DNA of 64,000 nucleotides from Deltaproteobacteria bacterium (GTDB taxonomy: Bacteria; Desulfobacterota; Dissulfuribacteria; Dissulfuribacterales; QOAL01): assembly GCA_026991135.1 (NCBI GenBank), contig JALXCD010000067.1, positions 532 to 64,531 of the forward strand, in the 5' to 3' direction. Position 1 is the first letter of the stretch. Each line of letters begins with the position of its first letter. The position numbers and the translations under genes were made by a program. Shown piece after piece: positions 1-9,698 of this stretch. The notes beneath the pieces are model-generated. The model did no database searches. It saw nothing but the letters and a program-made list of their open reading frames with translations, and had not been told where the DNA came from.

Positions 1-1
1 A

Positions 2-787
2 TTTTATATAGCCAAAAGAATCCCCAATAACAGTCCAATACCAAGAAATCAGCAAACTGCTGCACTTCGCTGGGCGGCCATGAGACTTGAAAAGGCTGCA
101 ACTTATAAAAAACTGGCATCGGTATGGAGAAGTTTTCAGGACGGGTCCCGTAGCACATTTTCTAATGCAATGTCAGAGATAATAGTTATGGCAACGGGAT
201 ATTTATCTGATACCAATCGTATTGATTTTGCAAAATCCAGTGGCCTGGAGATATTAACAGGTTTTGCTGATAAATTGGGAGAGACTGCTGGCACTTTAGG
301 TGAAGTAATTAATACCAGCTATATGGGTTATACAATGGCAAAAAATTCTTGGAGCATATTAAAGGGTGCTGAAGGGTCATTGCGCTCGGCTATCTCACAA
401 ACTTATTTACAACAAGCTGCCCAAGCATATGATCTCGATAATAGTCTTGAACAGCTTGCAAGTGCATGTCGTGACGAGGCCATTACATTCTTGAAACTGG
501 TCTATGATAAGGGAGCATCTAATAGCGAATGGGATAATAAATTACATAATGAATTTAATAGGCTTAAAGGGGCTGCTTTGGCTGTATCTTCTGCAAAAAG
601 CGCTGCCCAAAGTAAAATAAACTCCTTACAAAGCCAGATTGGACAGTTCGGTGGTCTGGGACCGTTATCAGGTGCTTTGGGTAATCCTTCACAAGCGATG
701 AATAAGATAAACAAATTTTTACGGTTTACAGAAGACTTAATAAAAAGCGATAAGAATATGTTTTCAAAGGCCTATGGTTGGAACTAA
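2..787 (+). CDS. hypothetical protein, probably 5'-partial (frame open to window start)
   Basis: The frame of ORF 80..787 has no stop back to nt 2 (..FYIAKRIPNNSPIPRNQQTAALRWAAMRLEK..), so the ATG at 80 may be internal. Helix-rich composition; no motif recognised. Confidence 0.4.
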   Translation, partial: FYIAKRIPNNSPIPRNQQTAALRWAAMRLEKAATYKKLASVWRSFQDGSRSTFSNAMSEIIVMATGYLSDTNRIDFAKSSGLEILTGFADKLGETAGTLGEVINTSYMGYTMAKNSWSILKGAEGSLRSAISQTYLQQAAQAYDLDNSLEQLASACRDEAITFLKLVYDKGASNSEWDNKLHNEFNRLKGAALAVSSAKSAAQSKINSLQSQIGQFGGLGPLSGALGNPSQAMNKINKFLRFTEDLIKSDKNMFSKAYGWN

Positions 788-813
788 ATAAATCAAAAAA
801 AGAGCAGAGTTAA

Positions 814-1941
814 ATGAAAATGCTAAGATATAAAATTGAAATAAAAACCAAAGTTTTTATTGACTTGTTTCTTTTATTGGTACTTTGCTTTTCGATTAAT
901 TCCTGGGCGCTTACGCCTCCTCCCTTAAAATGGAGTCAGATCCAGGCAAATGGTTCAAGGGTCACCGTAATTGGTTCAAGGGATATTTCATTCACCATTT
1001 TGAGAAAGGACAAAGGACCTAAAAGGGATATAGAGACCCATGGTTATGCTTATGTGCTGTCCCGTGGAATACCCTTGCCAGAAGATTGGCAAACTATACT
1101 TTTTGAAGGAAATTGGTGGCAAGAACCAGCAAGGAAAAAGAACTATGAAGAGATGACCATATTTCTTTTTGCAAGATATCCTTCGCTTTTACATGGAAAA
1201 TCCCTAGATGGAGTGCGTCTTAAAAATTTTATCAATATTTCCTATGATACATGGAATAAACAACTCAGATTTGAAGATGTCGGAAGTTTGGAGGGACAAA
1301 AAAGGACAAAAAGGATAAACAGAAATATCCCTACCAAGGCAAGACCCTTTAGACTCGTGGTTGAACGGGAACCTGAAACCGGACTCATTTCGTGGGAATT
1401 TTACGAAAAGGAACATGGAAAATGGAAATTAATTTACAGGTGTGATCATTCGAATCTTTTTGAAGAAATAAATAGTAAAAAGATATACCTAAAATTGGGG
1501 GGATGGACAACTTGGGAGTATCCTGTCAGCACAAGGCTTAGATTTAATAGGCTTTCTTATGCCATTTACAATCAGCCCTTTTTAACTGGAAAAGAATCAG
1601 AAAATGAAGAAATCTCTGAATGTTTATGGGAAGTACCCCTTCCACCGGGTGCAAGAAAAGTTAAAGGCACCAATATTTCTTTGAAAAAGACCAATGGTTT
1701 TATGGGAGAAATTAATGGTTCTGTTGTCTTATATTCAATTGGTCAGCCAATAGAAAGGATCATTCGTTTCTATAAAAATATTTCCATAAAGGGATGGGAA
1801 AGGGCCTTAGATCTTACCGCAGTTGAAAATGGCGGACTTATGATATGGGAGAAGGACGATCAGAGTATTCAAATTGTTATAGGAAAGGGAAAAGGTGGTG
1901 AGACAGAGATTATTATAGGTTGCGGGGAAAAGTTAAGGTAA
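814..1941 (+). CDS. hypothetical secreted protein
   Basis: 375-aa ORF starting 27 nt after the previous stop. It has an N-terminal hydrophobic signal-like segment (VFIDLFLLLVLCFSINSWA). No family recognised. Confidence 0.5.
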   Translation: MKMLRYKIEIKTKVFIDLFLLLVLCFSINSWALTPPPLKWSQIQANGSRVTVIGSRDISFTILRKDKGPKRDIETHGYAYVLSRGIPLPEDWQTILFEGNWWQEPARKKNYEEMTIFLFARYPSLLHGKSLDGVRLKNFINISYDTWNKQLRFEDVGSLEGQKRTKRINRNIPTKARPFRLVVEREPETGLISWEFYEKEHGKWKLIYRCDHSNLFEEINSKKIYLKLGGWTTWEYPVSTRLRFNRLSYAIYNQPFLTGKESENEEISECLWEVPLPPGARKVKGTNISLKKTNGFMGEINGSVVLYSIGQPIERIIRFYKNISIKGWERALDLTAVENGGLMIWEKDDQSIQIVIGKGKGGETEIIIGCGEKLR

Positions 1942-3237
1942 TCAGATTGTACTAATTTTTAATGCCTTACCACTGGCAATACCTGTGAAAAGCCAATAAA
2001 GGGATGCTGAAAGATGGACCATTCCATCGGTAAAAAGATTCGTTGTCCAAAACATGATCAAAAAGGTCATTGCAGCAAGAAATAGAACTTTTTCTCTATG
2101 GGTACCGGAAATTCGGTATGCCCTTAAAAAGAGTCTGAATTGAGATATTATTAATAACAGTAAGAATAAAGCACCCTGCACACCAAACTGGAAGGCATAA
2201 TCTATAAATACATTATGGCCATGATATAGCCCTGCCCTTTTTATAAGGTCTTTATGATATATCTTTATTAGTTTTGTTCCTGTACCTTTAGGGATAAAAG
2301 GATTTTTGGCAATCTCCTTTATAAATTCTCTATAGGTAGAAATTCTAAGCGGTATGGAGCCCCCTTCCATTTTGGCTTCTTCTACCTTCCCCTTTAAAAG
2401 AAGATTCCAGTTTTCCCTTACAAAATAGCCCTTTTCCCCAAAGATAAATAATGAAGCCAGCAGGATCAAAAAGGCCCCAAGGGCAAGGGCCAAATATTTT
2501 GCCCTTGCCTTTATAAATAGTGTTGAAAAGCACATGCCTGTCATGATAGCAAGGGCTGCCCCTCTTCTTGTGGTGCTAAAAAGAACAAAAATGTTTAATA
2601 GTAAAAGTGTTAAATAGGGCCATCTCTTTTTTATGTCTGGATAAATCAGGGCAGAAAAAAGGACCGAGATCAAAAACGTGAGAAAAAGGCTTGTGTGTTT
2701 TATCCCGTTATAAAGTTCACAAAGATTTCCATATAGAAAAAAGATACCAAAGGGGTTTTTAACTTGCTGATCTCCGCCAAACATAAAGGGAGAGTCAGGA
2801 AAAAATATCCATTGAAGCATTATTCCAAAATAGAGACCTAGAAAGATCAAATTAATAGGGATTATTACTTCAGGGAATTTGATTTCATTTCCTTTTTTTA
2901 AAAAATAAAATGAAGTGCCTGTGTATAGGAGAATATTTACAAAGAATTCACTAAAGCAGTTTTTCAAGGAAAATACCGGGTCAGGGCTAAAAAAAATTCC
3001 TGATATTGCTGCCAAAAAGATCAAAATGAAAAAGACAAAGGGAGGCCTTGCCAAGATTGCAAGTGCCTCTTTTTTTAAAAAAAGTGAGTGTTCTCTAATT
3101 AGAATTTTAAATGAGATAAGGGCGATTAAAAGAGAAAGTATGTATCTTTCAAGGGGATAGATGTGAAAGGGGATTACTGTCAAATAAAGCGGGATAAGAA
3201 GGGTTAATATGTCCTTTTTTGATTGATTTATTTCCAT
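1942..3237 (-). CDS. O-antigen ligase-like (Wzy_C/WaaL family) polytopic membrane protein
   Basis: 431 aa with about 10 or more hydrophobic helices. A 'STTRRGAALAIMTG' segment resembles the O-antigen ligase signature region. Sits next to a GT4 gene. Confidence 0.6.
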   Translation of the reverse strand: MEINQSKKDILTLLIPLYLTVIPFHIYPLERYILSLLIALISFKILIREHSLFLKKEALAILARPPFVFFILIFLAAISGIFFSPDPVFSLKNCFSEFFVNILLYTGTSFYFLKKGNEIKFPEVIIPINLIFLGLYFGIMLQWIFFPDSPFMFGGDQQVKNPFGIFFLYGNLCELYNGIKHTSLFLTFLISVLFSALIYPDIKKRWPYLTLLLLNIFVLFSTTRRGAALAIMTGMCFSTLFIKARAKYLALALGAFLILLASLFIFGEKGYFVRENWNLLLKGKVEEAKMEGGSIPLRISTYREFIKEIAKNPFIPKGTGTKLIKIYHKDLIKRAGLYHGHNVFIDYAFQFGVQGALFLLLLIISQFRLFLRAYRISGTHREKVLFLAAMTFLIMFWTTNLFTDGMVHLSASLYWLFTGIASGKALKISTI

Positions 3238-4377
3238 TTAAGCGTACAATAAGTCTCTATAAACACTCACGGTCTTTTCAACCATAAGCTCTTTTGAAAA
3301 ATGTCTTTTTACATGCTCTCTGGCAATTTCTCCAACTCTTTTTAGCTCATCTTGGGAAAGGGTTCTAAATTCTAGCATGGCCCTAGAAAGTTCATGGACA
3401 TTTTTGGGGCTTACCATTTTACCTATGCGCTCCTGTCCCCTTTTTTCAAATAGTTTAAAGATATCCTTTATGCCGTCAGCAGATGTCGTTATCACGGGCA
3501 GCTTCGATGCCATTGCCTCTAGAATTGAAACCCCCAGGGCCTCCCTGAATGAGGGATGAACAAAACAGTCAAAGGCTTTCATGGCAAGGGGAACTTCATC
3601 ATATTCAACCCTTCCTGTAAAAAAGACCTTTTGTGAAATTCCAAGTTCATCAGAAAGGACTTTAAGCCCCTTTTCAAGGGGCCCATCACCCACAATGGCA
3701 AGCCTTGTTTTTGGGTATATTCTAGTTACTTCTCGAAAAGCCCTTAAGAGTATGTCATGGCACTTGGCCTTTTTAAGCCGTGCCACAATTCCAAAATAAA
3801 AGCCGTTTTCTGGAATGCCCAGAAACCTTCGGGCCTCCCTTTGGGTAGCCTTAATACAAAATTTTTTAAGGCTTACTCCATTGTGAATAACTATTATCTT
3901 TTTTTCTGGTATAAATTTGGCATTTTCCCTTACATATTCCTTTACGGCATTACTTACACAAATGACCCTCTTAAGATTCTTTTCAATAAGCCTTATGGCA
4001 AGGCGGCGGTTAACCTTCCTGAGGACATTGGTGGCCCTTACGGTATAGATAAGATTGACATCTTTCATCCCAAGGGTTGAAAGTCCACAGTGTACCAGTG
4101 CCCTGTGTCTTTGGCTATGTATTATCTTAAAGCCATGAGACTTTATTATTTGTCTAAGGGCAAGGATTGCCTTAAGGTTGAGACCTCTAAAATCCTTTTT
4201 GCCAAGGCCAAGGCCAAGGGCCTTTATCTTGGGACCTGACATTACGGAATTTTTCGGATCGCCATAGAAATATCCTATGGTGGGCTCAAATCCTGCCGCA
4301 ACCAGGCCATTTAATACATATTTATGTACGTGTTTGTCCTTGCTAGGGTCGTCAAGTAAGTAAAGGATTTTTTTCAT
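3238..4377 (-). CDS. glycosyltransferase family 4 (GT-B)
   Basis: The C-terminal motif 'EALGVSILEAMASKLPVITTSADGIKDI' is typical of the GT4 E-x7-E region. 379 aa. Confidence 0.8.
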   Translation of the reverse strand: MKKILYLLDDPSKDKHVHKYVLNGLVAAGFEPTIGYFYGDPKNSVMSGPKIKALGLGLGKKDFRGLNLKAILALRQIIKSHGFKIIHSQRHRALVHCGLSTLGMKDVNLIYTVRATNVLRKVNRRLAIRLIEKNLKRVICVSNAVKEYVRENAKFIPEKKIIVIHNGVSLKKFCIKATQREARRFLGIPENGFYFGIVARLKKAKCHDILLRAFREVTRIYPKTRLAIVGDGPLEKGLKVLSDELGISQKVFFTGRVEYDEVPLAMKAFDCFVHPSFREALGVSILEAMASKLPVITTSADGIKDIFKLFEKRGQERIGKMVSPKNVHELSRAMLEFRTLSQDELKRVGEIAREHVKRHFSKELMVEKTVSVYRDLLYA

Positions 4378-4378
4378 G

Positions 4379-5209
4379 TCAGGAATTAAGAATATGTCTC
4401 AGGGATTTTTCAATATTCGGATATTTAAAATCGAATCCTTCTTTTAAAAGCCTCTTTGGAAAGACCTTTTTGGAGCTTATGAGGACTGAGGCAGCTTCAC
4501 CATATATAATTTTTAGTGCAAGTGGCGGAACAGGCAGAAAGGCAGGCCGTCCAAGGACCTTGGCTAGGGCCTTTGTAAAATTTTTGTTGGTAACAGGGTT
4601 TGGTGAGACAGCATTTAAAATACCTGTAAGCCCTTTTTTCAAAATAAATTCGTATATATTTAAAAGATCAGATATATCTATCCAACTGGTGTACATATTC
4701 CCTTTTCCAATGGGCCCTCCTAGGCCGAGCTTAAAGGGAAGAAGCATTTTTTTTAAGGCCCCTCCTTCCTTACCTAGGACCACTCCAAATCGCAATATGG
4801 CCAGATTTTTATTGCATTTTTGGGTCTCGGCCTCCCATGCCCTTGAAAGATTGCCCAAAAAATCAGAAGAAAGCGACTTACAGTCTTCATCACATTCTTT
4901 ATCATCAGGGTATATTCCAATGGCAGAGGTTGATATGAGATATTTGACATCTGATTCATTAATGGCCCTTACTACCTTTTTAGTGGTGTTTATTCTGCTG
5001 TCATAAAGTACCTTTTTGTAGTCCTTTGACCACCTTTTGATTATGGGTGCACCTGCCAGATTGATGACCGCATAGCCCCCTTTTAGTTTTTCTATAATTT
5101 CGGTAACTGTATCATCCCTTTTTATTACAACATGGTCCCTAAATCTTTTTTGCACATGTGTTCCAATAAAACCATTGGCACCAGTGATAGCTATTTTTGG
5201 ATTTTTCAT
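4379..5209 (-). CDS. TIGR01777/YfcH-like NAD-dependent epimerase family protein
   Basis: N-terminal Rossmann motif 'IAITGANGFIGTHV'. The C-terminal DUF1731-like tail and the length are consistent with this family. Confidence 0.7.
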   Translation of the reverse strand: MKNPKIAITGANGFIGTHVQKRFRDHVVIKRDDTVTEIIEKLKGGYAVINLAGAPIIKRWSKDYKKVLYDSRINTTKKVVRAINESDVKYLISTSAIGIYPDDKECDEDCKSLSSDFLGNLSRAWEAETQKCNKNLAILRFGVVLGKEGGALKKMLLPFKLGLGGPIGKGNMYTSWIDISDLLNIYEFILKKGLTGILNAVSPNPVTNKNFTKALAKVLGRPAFLPVPPLALKIIYGEAASVLISSKKVFPKRLLKEGFDFKYPNIEKSLRHILNS

Positions 5210-5215
5210 AACCTT

Positions 5216-7315
5216 CTAGTTTTTTGCTGCCTGTATTGCGGTTATTGCGACGGTATTTACTATGTCTTCCACCAGACAGCCCCTGCTAAGGTCATTTACT
5301 GGTTTTTTAAGGCCCTGGATGATGGGGCCAATGGCTATGGCATTTGACGAGCGCTGAACCGCCTTGTAGGTATTGTTTCCGGTATTTAGGTCAGGAAAGA
5401 TAAAAACCGTTGCCCTTACTGCAACCTTGCTCTCAGAGGCCTTTTTCCTTGCCACCTCCATATCAAATGCAGCATCATACTGCATGGGGCCGTCTATAAG
5501 GAGCCCTGGCCTCATCTTCTTTGCAATTTTAACAGCCTCCCTGACCTTTTCTACATCCTTTCCTTTTCCGGAAGTTCCAGTGGAATAGGACAGCATGGCA
5601 ACCCTTGACTCTATTCCAAAGGATGCAGCGGTTTCAGCCGATGTAACGGCAATGGCAGCAAGCTCCCTGGAATCAGGGTCTGGGTTAACGGCGCAGCCTC
5701 CAAATACAAGTACTTTTGTCGGAAGACACATGAAAAAGACACTTGAGGCAATAATTATTCCAGGCCTTGTCTTTATGATCTGAAAGGCCGGCCTTAGGAC
5801 ATCATGAGTGGCATGGGCTCCCCCCGATACCATACCATCTACCACATCCATATAGACCATCATAGCTCCAAAATAGTTTGCATCAAGCATGGCATCCCTT
5901 GCAGCATCAAGGGTGATACCTTTTTTTGTCTTAGTTCAAAAAACCTCTGAATAAAATTGTCAAGAAAGCTCGAATGAGTATGATCAATGATTTCAACACC
6001 GTCAAGATTAACCTCCAAAAGGGCAGCATTATCTAAGACAGTATCCCTATTTCCCAAAAGAACGATATCTGTCACACCTCTGGTTTTTAATATCTCTGCT
6101 GCCCGCAATATCCGTTCATCATTGCTTTCTGGAAGGACGATTTTTTGTTTTTTCTCTTTGCCCATTCAAAGAGCCTGTACTGGAACATCAGGGGAGTTAT
6201 GATGTGTGAGGGTTTTAATGAAAGCCGATTTTTAATCTCATCTATATCAACCCTGGATTCAAAGGCCCCAAGGGCAATGTCAATTTTTTGGGGATAGTTG
6301 GCGGTTATCTGGGGCTTAAGACGGCTTGCAGCCATGGCAGCAGAGAAGGTATCTTCTTTAATTCCTATTATTGGAATGGATACCGACCTCAGGCCGTTTA
6401 TAAGGTGCTCAACCCTTTTCCCAGGTCTAACCTCCAGTCAAAAGGATGCCGGAAATATTGGGAAAGGTCTTTGAAAAAAGGGAGGAAAGGGTTCCGACCA
6501 CTATATCCTCTCTGTCACCTGGTGTTATTACCAAATCTCCGTTTTCAAGGTGTGAAAGGTAATTGTCCAGAGTCATTGCCGCTACCTTAAATTAGAGTGG
6601 CTATTTGGCTAAGGCTCGAAGGTTTCCCATAGATAAGTGTTCCGTTTAACGTTTCCAGTATTTCACCTACAGTTGGGGATGCCAGTTCAGGTATATGGGG
6701 TATAAAATAGAACGGCACATGGTCCTTTGCCTCTTTTTCAAAAAGATCTTCGAGGCTTTTTATCATCTTGGGCTCAACCATGTTGATTATGGTTGCAAGA
6801 TGAAAACAGCCGTGGGAAGAAATGGCCTTTGAAGATATTTTAAACTCCTCCAAAATCTCCCTTGGGCCTTGTTCCTTTGCATTCATTACGCCAAGAATTT
6901 CGGCTCCAAGATTTTGGGTAATCTCTATATTGGCATCTACATCAAATCCTGCACTGATTCCACTTGACTCAAAGCCTCCAATGATAACAAAGTCAAATCT
7001 TTCCTTTATCTTGTCATATCTTTCAATAACTGCCTGAACTATATCCCTAAATTTTCCATCAGCCCCAAGGGCCTGAATCTCATCGACCTTAAAGACATGT
7101 GCATCCTTATAGTCTATATCCAGATCATATCTTTTAAGGATGAGGTCAAGATCGTTGTCTAGCTTCGGGCCTGAACGAATTACAGGTCTAAAAAAGCCGA
7201 GTTTTCCTACAACTCTTGAGGCAAGCTCCATCATGCCTAGGGTAACCATCAATTTACCACTTCCTGGCTCTAAAGAAGTGATATATATGGCATCATGTTC
7301 TTTATTTAAGGGCAT
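5216..7315 (-). pseudogene. pta: phosphate acetyltransferase (long-form Pta), disrupted by at least 4 frameshifts
   Basis: ORF pieces 6587..7315, an untracked piece at about 6430..6590, 6087..6335, 5860..6165 and 5216..5890 together span 2100 nt. My hand translation aligns them colinearly with the E. coli-type 714-aa Pta: P-loop-like N-domain, DRTGG region ('DLVITPGDREDIV'), and PTA domain ('KIVLPESNDERILRAA' ... '[19 protein letters not shown]'). Frame changes lie near 6589-6591, 6425-6433, 6141-6153 and 5921-5927. Confidence 0.8.
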
Positions 7316-7484
7316 TCATCTCCATCCTTTGATATTTTTTGTAAGTGGATTCTAATAGTTGGATATAAAAAAACAAAGGCTAATTTATAGACAGTTGAAG
7401 TGTATCTTGCGTCTTAAAAACGGATATGGAAAACAGCCTTAATTTGTGATAAAAGAAATCAAGTATGTCTTTAGGAAGTAAGCC

Positions 7485-7880
7485 ATGTACTCTTTTCACT
7501 TGATTGCAGAAAAAAGAATTCAAGAGGCCATGAGTCAGGGCCAGTTCGATAATCTTCCAGGAAAGGGCAAACCCCTTAAATTTGAAGACGATTCCATGGT
7601 CCCTGAAGACCTTAGGATGGCATATAAGATATTAAAAAATGCAGGTTTTATCCCGCCAGAATTACAGACCGAAAAGGAGATAAGGCAGGCAGTTGACCTA
7701 TTGGAGTCAATGGAGGATGAAAGGCTTCGTTATAAGCAGGTTATCAAACTAAATGTACTTGTCACAAAGATGAATTTAATGAGGAAAAGACCTGTTAATT
7801 TGGAAGTTAATCAGTTCTATTATAGAAAGATTGTCGAACGAATAAAGATCAATTCAAAAGACCAGAGTAATACTCCCTAG
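7485..7880 (+). CDS. DUF1992 (DnaJ-homology, YhdN-like) protein
   Basis: 'IAEKRIQEAMSQGQFDNLPGKGKPL' matches the conserved N-terminal motif of DUF1992 proteins. Confidence 0.6.
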   Translation: MYSFHLIAEKRIQEAMSQGQFDNLPGKGKPLKFEDDSMVPEDLRMAYKILKNAGFIPPELQTEKEIRQAVDLLESMEDERLRYKQVIKLNVLVTKMNLMRKRPVNLEVNQFYYRKIVERIKINSKDQSNTP

Positions 7881-8832
7881 GCCCTAGCTCCCTTTTGTGA
7901 AGTCCCTTTTTAAATAAAAAGGAGCGTATTTCATTGCAAAGGGTACATTTTGAGCCAAATTGCCTTTTTTCATCCATCTTAAGGTCCAAAGAACAGGCAT
8001 ATTCATAAAGCCCTCTAACTCCCTTTTCGGCAAGGATGTTGATAATCGGGTACCTATCCTTGTCAAATGCCTTGCCAAGATCCGTTGCCTTTAGTTTTAT
8101 TCCTGCACAAAGGCCCGGGATATAATTCCCAAAAAGATCAATATGAAAATGACTGGTGTCAAAAAGCTCCATACAGCCCTTTTTATTTCTATTAATCAAT
8201 TCTTTTAAAGGCTTCCCCATATCAAAAAAGTACTTTAGTGCCCTTCCACCCGGGTGAATCCAATATCTTTTGGGAATGTCTCTTATAAAGCCCTTGCCAA
8301 AGATATCTTCCAGATCTTTAAGTGTATAGCGCTTTTCAGGGTCGAGTTTTAAAAACATATTTAGGTATTCCGATGTCCAGGGAAATATTCCCATACCTAC
8401 CTTTTGGCAGGCCGAGATTACTCCAAGGACCTTTTTAAGTGGGATATATTCCACGTGAAACGGGCTTATGGAGACAAGGATTCTTGAAATGCCCTCCTTT
8501 TTAAGGGTCAGAAGATAATCTATTGCCCGATTTTCATCTGTGAACCATGAAGAGTTTGTCTCTATGTATTCAATGTGTATCCCTATCTCTCCCGCGGCAC
8601 TAACTACTTCAAGGAGCCCCTTTTTGTTTAAAAAGGGTTCCCCTCCGCCTATATGCATTGTGTTGCAACCAAGGCCTTTGGCAATTTTAAAGGTCTTAAT
8701 GGCGGTTTCTTTGTCTATATATTGTTTGGGCCAAAAAGGGCTACAGTTATATAGGCAGTGTTTGCATGAAGATGTGCAATAATAGTTGGTAATTAGTCCA
8801 CCAGAAATAAGGCTACTTATGGTAAAGGACAT
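7849..8832 (-). CDS. radical SAM protein, unknown function
   Basis: CxxxCxxC motif 'CTSSCKHC' near the N-terminus and 'GGGEPFL' (SAM-binding GGE). The 3' end overlaps the convergent DUF1992 gene by 32 nt. Confidence 0.75.
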   Translation of the reverse strand: MSFTISSLISGGLITNYYCTSSCKHCLYNCSPFWPKQYIDKETAIKTFKIAKGLGCNTMHIGGGEPFLNKKGLLEVVSAAGEIGIHIEYIETNSSWFTDENRAIDYLLTLKKEGISRILVSISPFHVEYIPLKKVLGVISACQKVGMGIFPWTSEYLNMFLKLDPEKRYTLKDLEDIFGKGFIRDIPKRYWIHPGGRALKYFFDMGKPLKELINRNKKGCMELFDTSHFHIDLFGNYIPGLCAGIKLKATDLGKAFDKDRYPIINILAEKGVRGLYEYACSLDLKMDEKRQFGSKCTLCNEIRSFLFKKGLHKRELGPREYYSGLLN

Positions 8833-8833
8833 T

Positions 8834-9322
8834 TTAGTTTAATGGGATTCCAGGATTTAGGTCATTAAAATCGAAATTACCCTTTTCCTCAAAGGGGATA
8901 GAAAAGCTTGGCCCCATTCCCGATGTCCGTCCCCAGATGGTTCCTTTCATTTTAAAATCTATCTTTGGTTCTTTTGACAGGGAAGAAAGAAGCCTTAGAA
9001 CGTTAAAGAGGGAACCAGATAGCCTTACATTGACCTTTTTATCTTCATGAGGCCCAATCTTAACATCTACAGAGTCAGCCCCGTCCATGAACTTTGACCC
9101 ATTTAAGTAAAGGGAATATTTTATGGAGTCTATGTGGATGTCGAATTTATTGGGATTATAAATCCCAAGGGTTGCAGTATAGGTGATGTGAGAAAGGCTT
9201 ACACCTTTTATATTTAGCCCCGAAAGCTCAATCTGTGGAGAAATTAAATCCTTTTTAGGGGCACAAGATGAAATAAGGAAGAAGGCTGCAAAGAGAAAAA
9301 AATATATTGCTGCCTTCTTCAT
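8834..9322 (-). CDS. LEA_2 (LEA14/NDR1-like) lipoprotein
   Basis: Lipobox 'LISSC' follows a signal peptide. The beta-rich body ('GIYNPNKFDIHIDSIKYSLYLNG') resembles the LEA type 2 domain. Confidence 0.55.
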   Translation of the reverse strand: MKKAAIYFFLFAAFFLISSCAPKKDLISPQIELSGLNIKGVSLSHITYTATLGIYNPNKFDIHIDSIKYSLYLNGSKFMDGADSVDVKIGPHEDKKVNVRLSGSLFNVLRLLSSLSKEPKIDFKMKGTIWGRTSGMGPSFSIPFEEKGNFDFNDLNPGIPLN

Positions 9323-9337
9323 TTTATACAGGGATAT

Positions 9338-9619
9338 TTAAGAGCTGGTTTCTTTTAAGAGGGCACTAACCTTTTTATATAACCTTGAGACCTTTCTTGA
9401 TGCAGTTCGTCTATGTAATGTGCCTCTTTTGTGCCCAATCTTGTCAATATAGCTTTGAGCCTTTTTTAGACAATCCAGAGCCTTTTCAGGGGCCTTTTCT
9501 GCGATTGCAGCCTCAACAGCCTTTGTAAGATTTTTTATCCTGGTCTTTCGCATCTTGTTGCGAAGCCTTCTTTTCTGATTTTGTCTAGCCCTCTTTAGAG
9601 CTGATTTATGATTAGCCAT
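9338..9619 (-). CDS. rpsT: 30S ribosomal protein S20
   Basis: 'MANHKSALKRARQNQKRRLRNK' is the canonical S20 N-terminus. 93 aa, basic. Confidence 0.9.
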   Translation of the reverse strand: MANHKSALKRARQNQKRRLRNKMRKTRIKNLTKAVEAAIAEKAPEKALDCLKKAQSYIDKIGHKRGTLHRRTASRKVSRLYKKVSALLKETSS

Positions 9620-9698
9620 TTATCCTCCATACTATATTAAGGATTTTTGAGATTGGCGCCTTTTATAATCTCAAATAAAAACCGTGTCAATACAGGCC

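Noticed and set aside
4470-5006. 178-aa plus-strand ORF, together with similar long antisense ORFs at 24370..24813, 27032..27418, 43172..43603, 53373..53780, 60182..60661 and 61463..62032
   Set aside because: Each overlaps, on the opposite strand or in another frame, a gene with strong family motifs. None has a recognisable motif or a convincing SD.
6288-6590. 100-aa plus-strand ORF, and treating the separate minus-strand pieces 5860..6165 and 6087..6335 as independent genes
   Set aside because: The plus-strand ORF is antisense to the Pta DRTGG region. The minus-strand pieces are colinear fragments of one pta gene, so I annotated them together as a pseudogene.
5216-7315. Programmed ribosomal frameshifting as the explanation for the pta frame changes
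   Set aside because: There are four separate shifts in mixed directions, with no slippery heptamer plus downstream structure. Decay or sequencing error is a far simpler explanation.
9640-9690. AT-rich inverted repeat TTTGAGATT-N12-AATCTCAAA between hemA and rpsT, considered as a terminator
   Set aside because: The stem is AU-only and the loop is 12 nt. No U-tract follows on the minus strand, where it would need to act, so it is not convincing.
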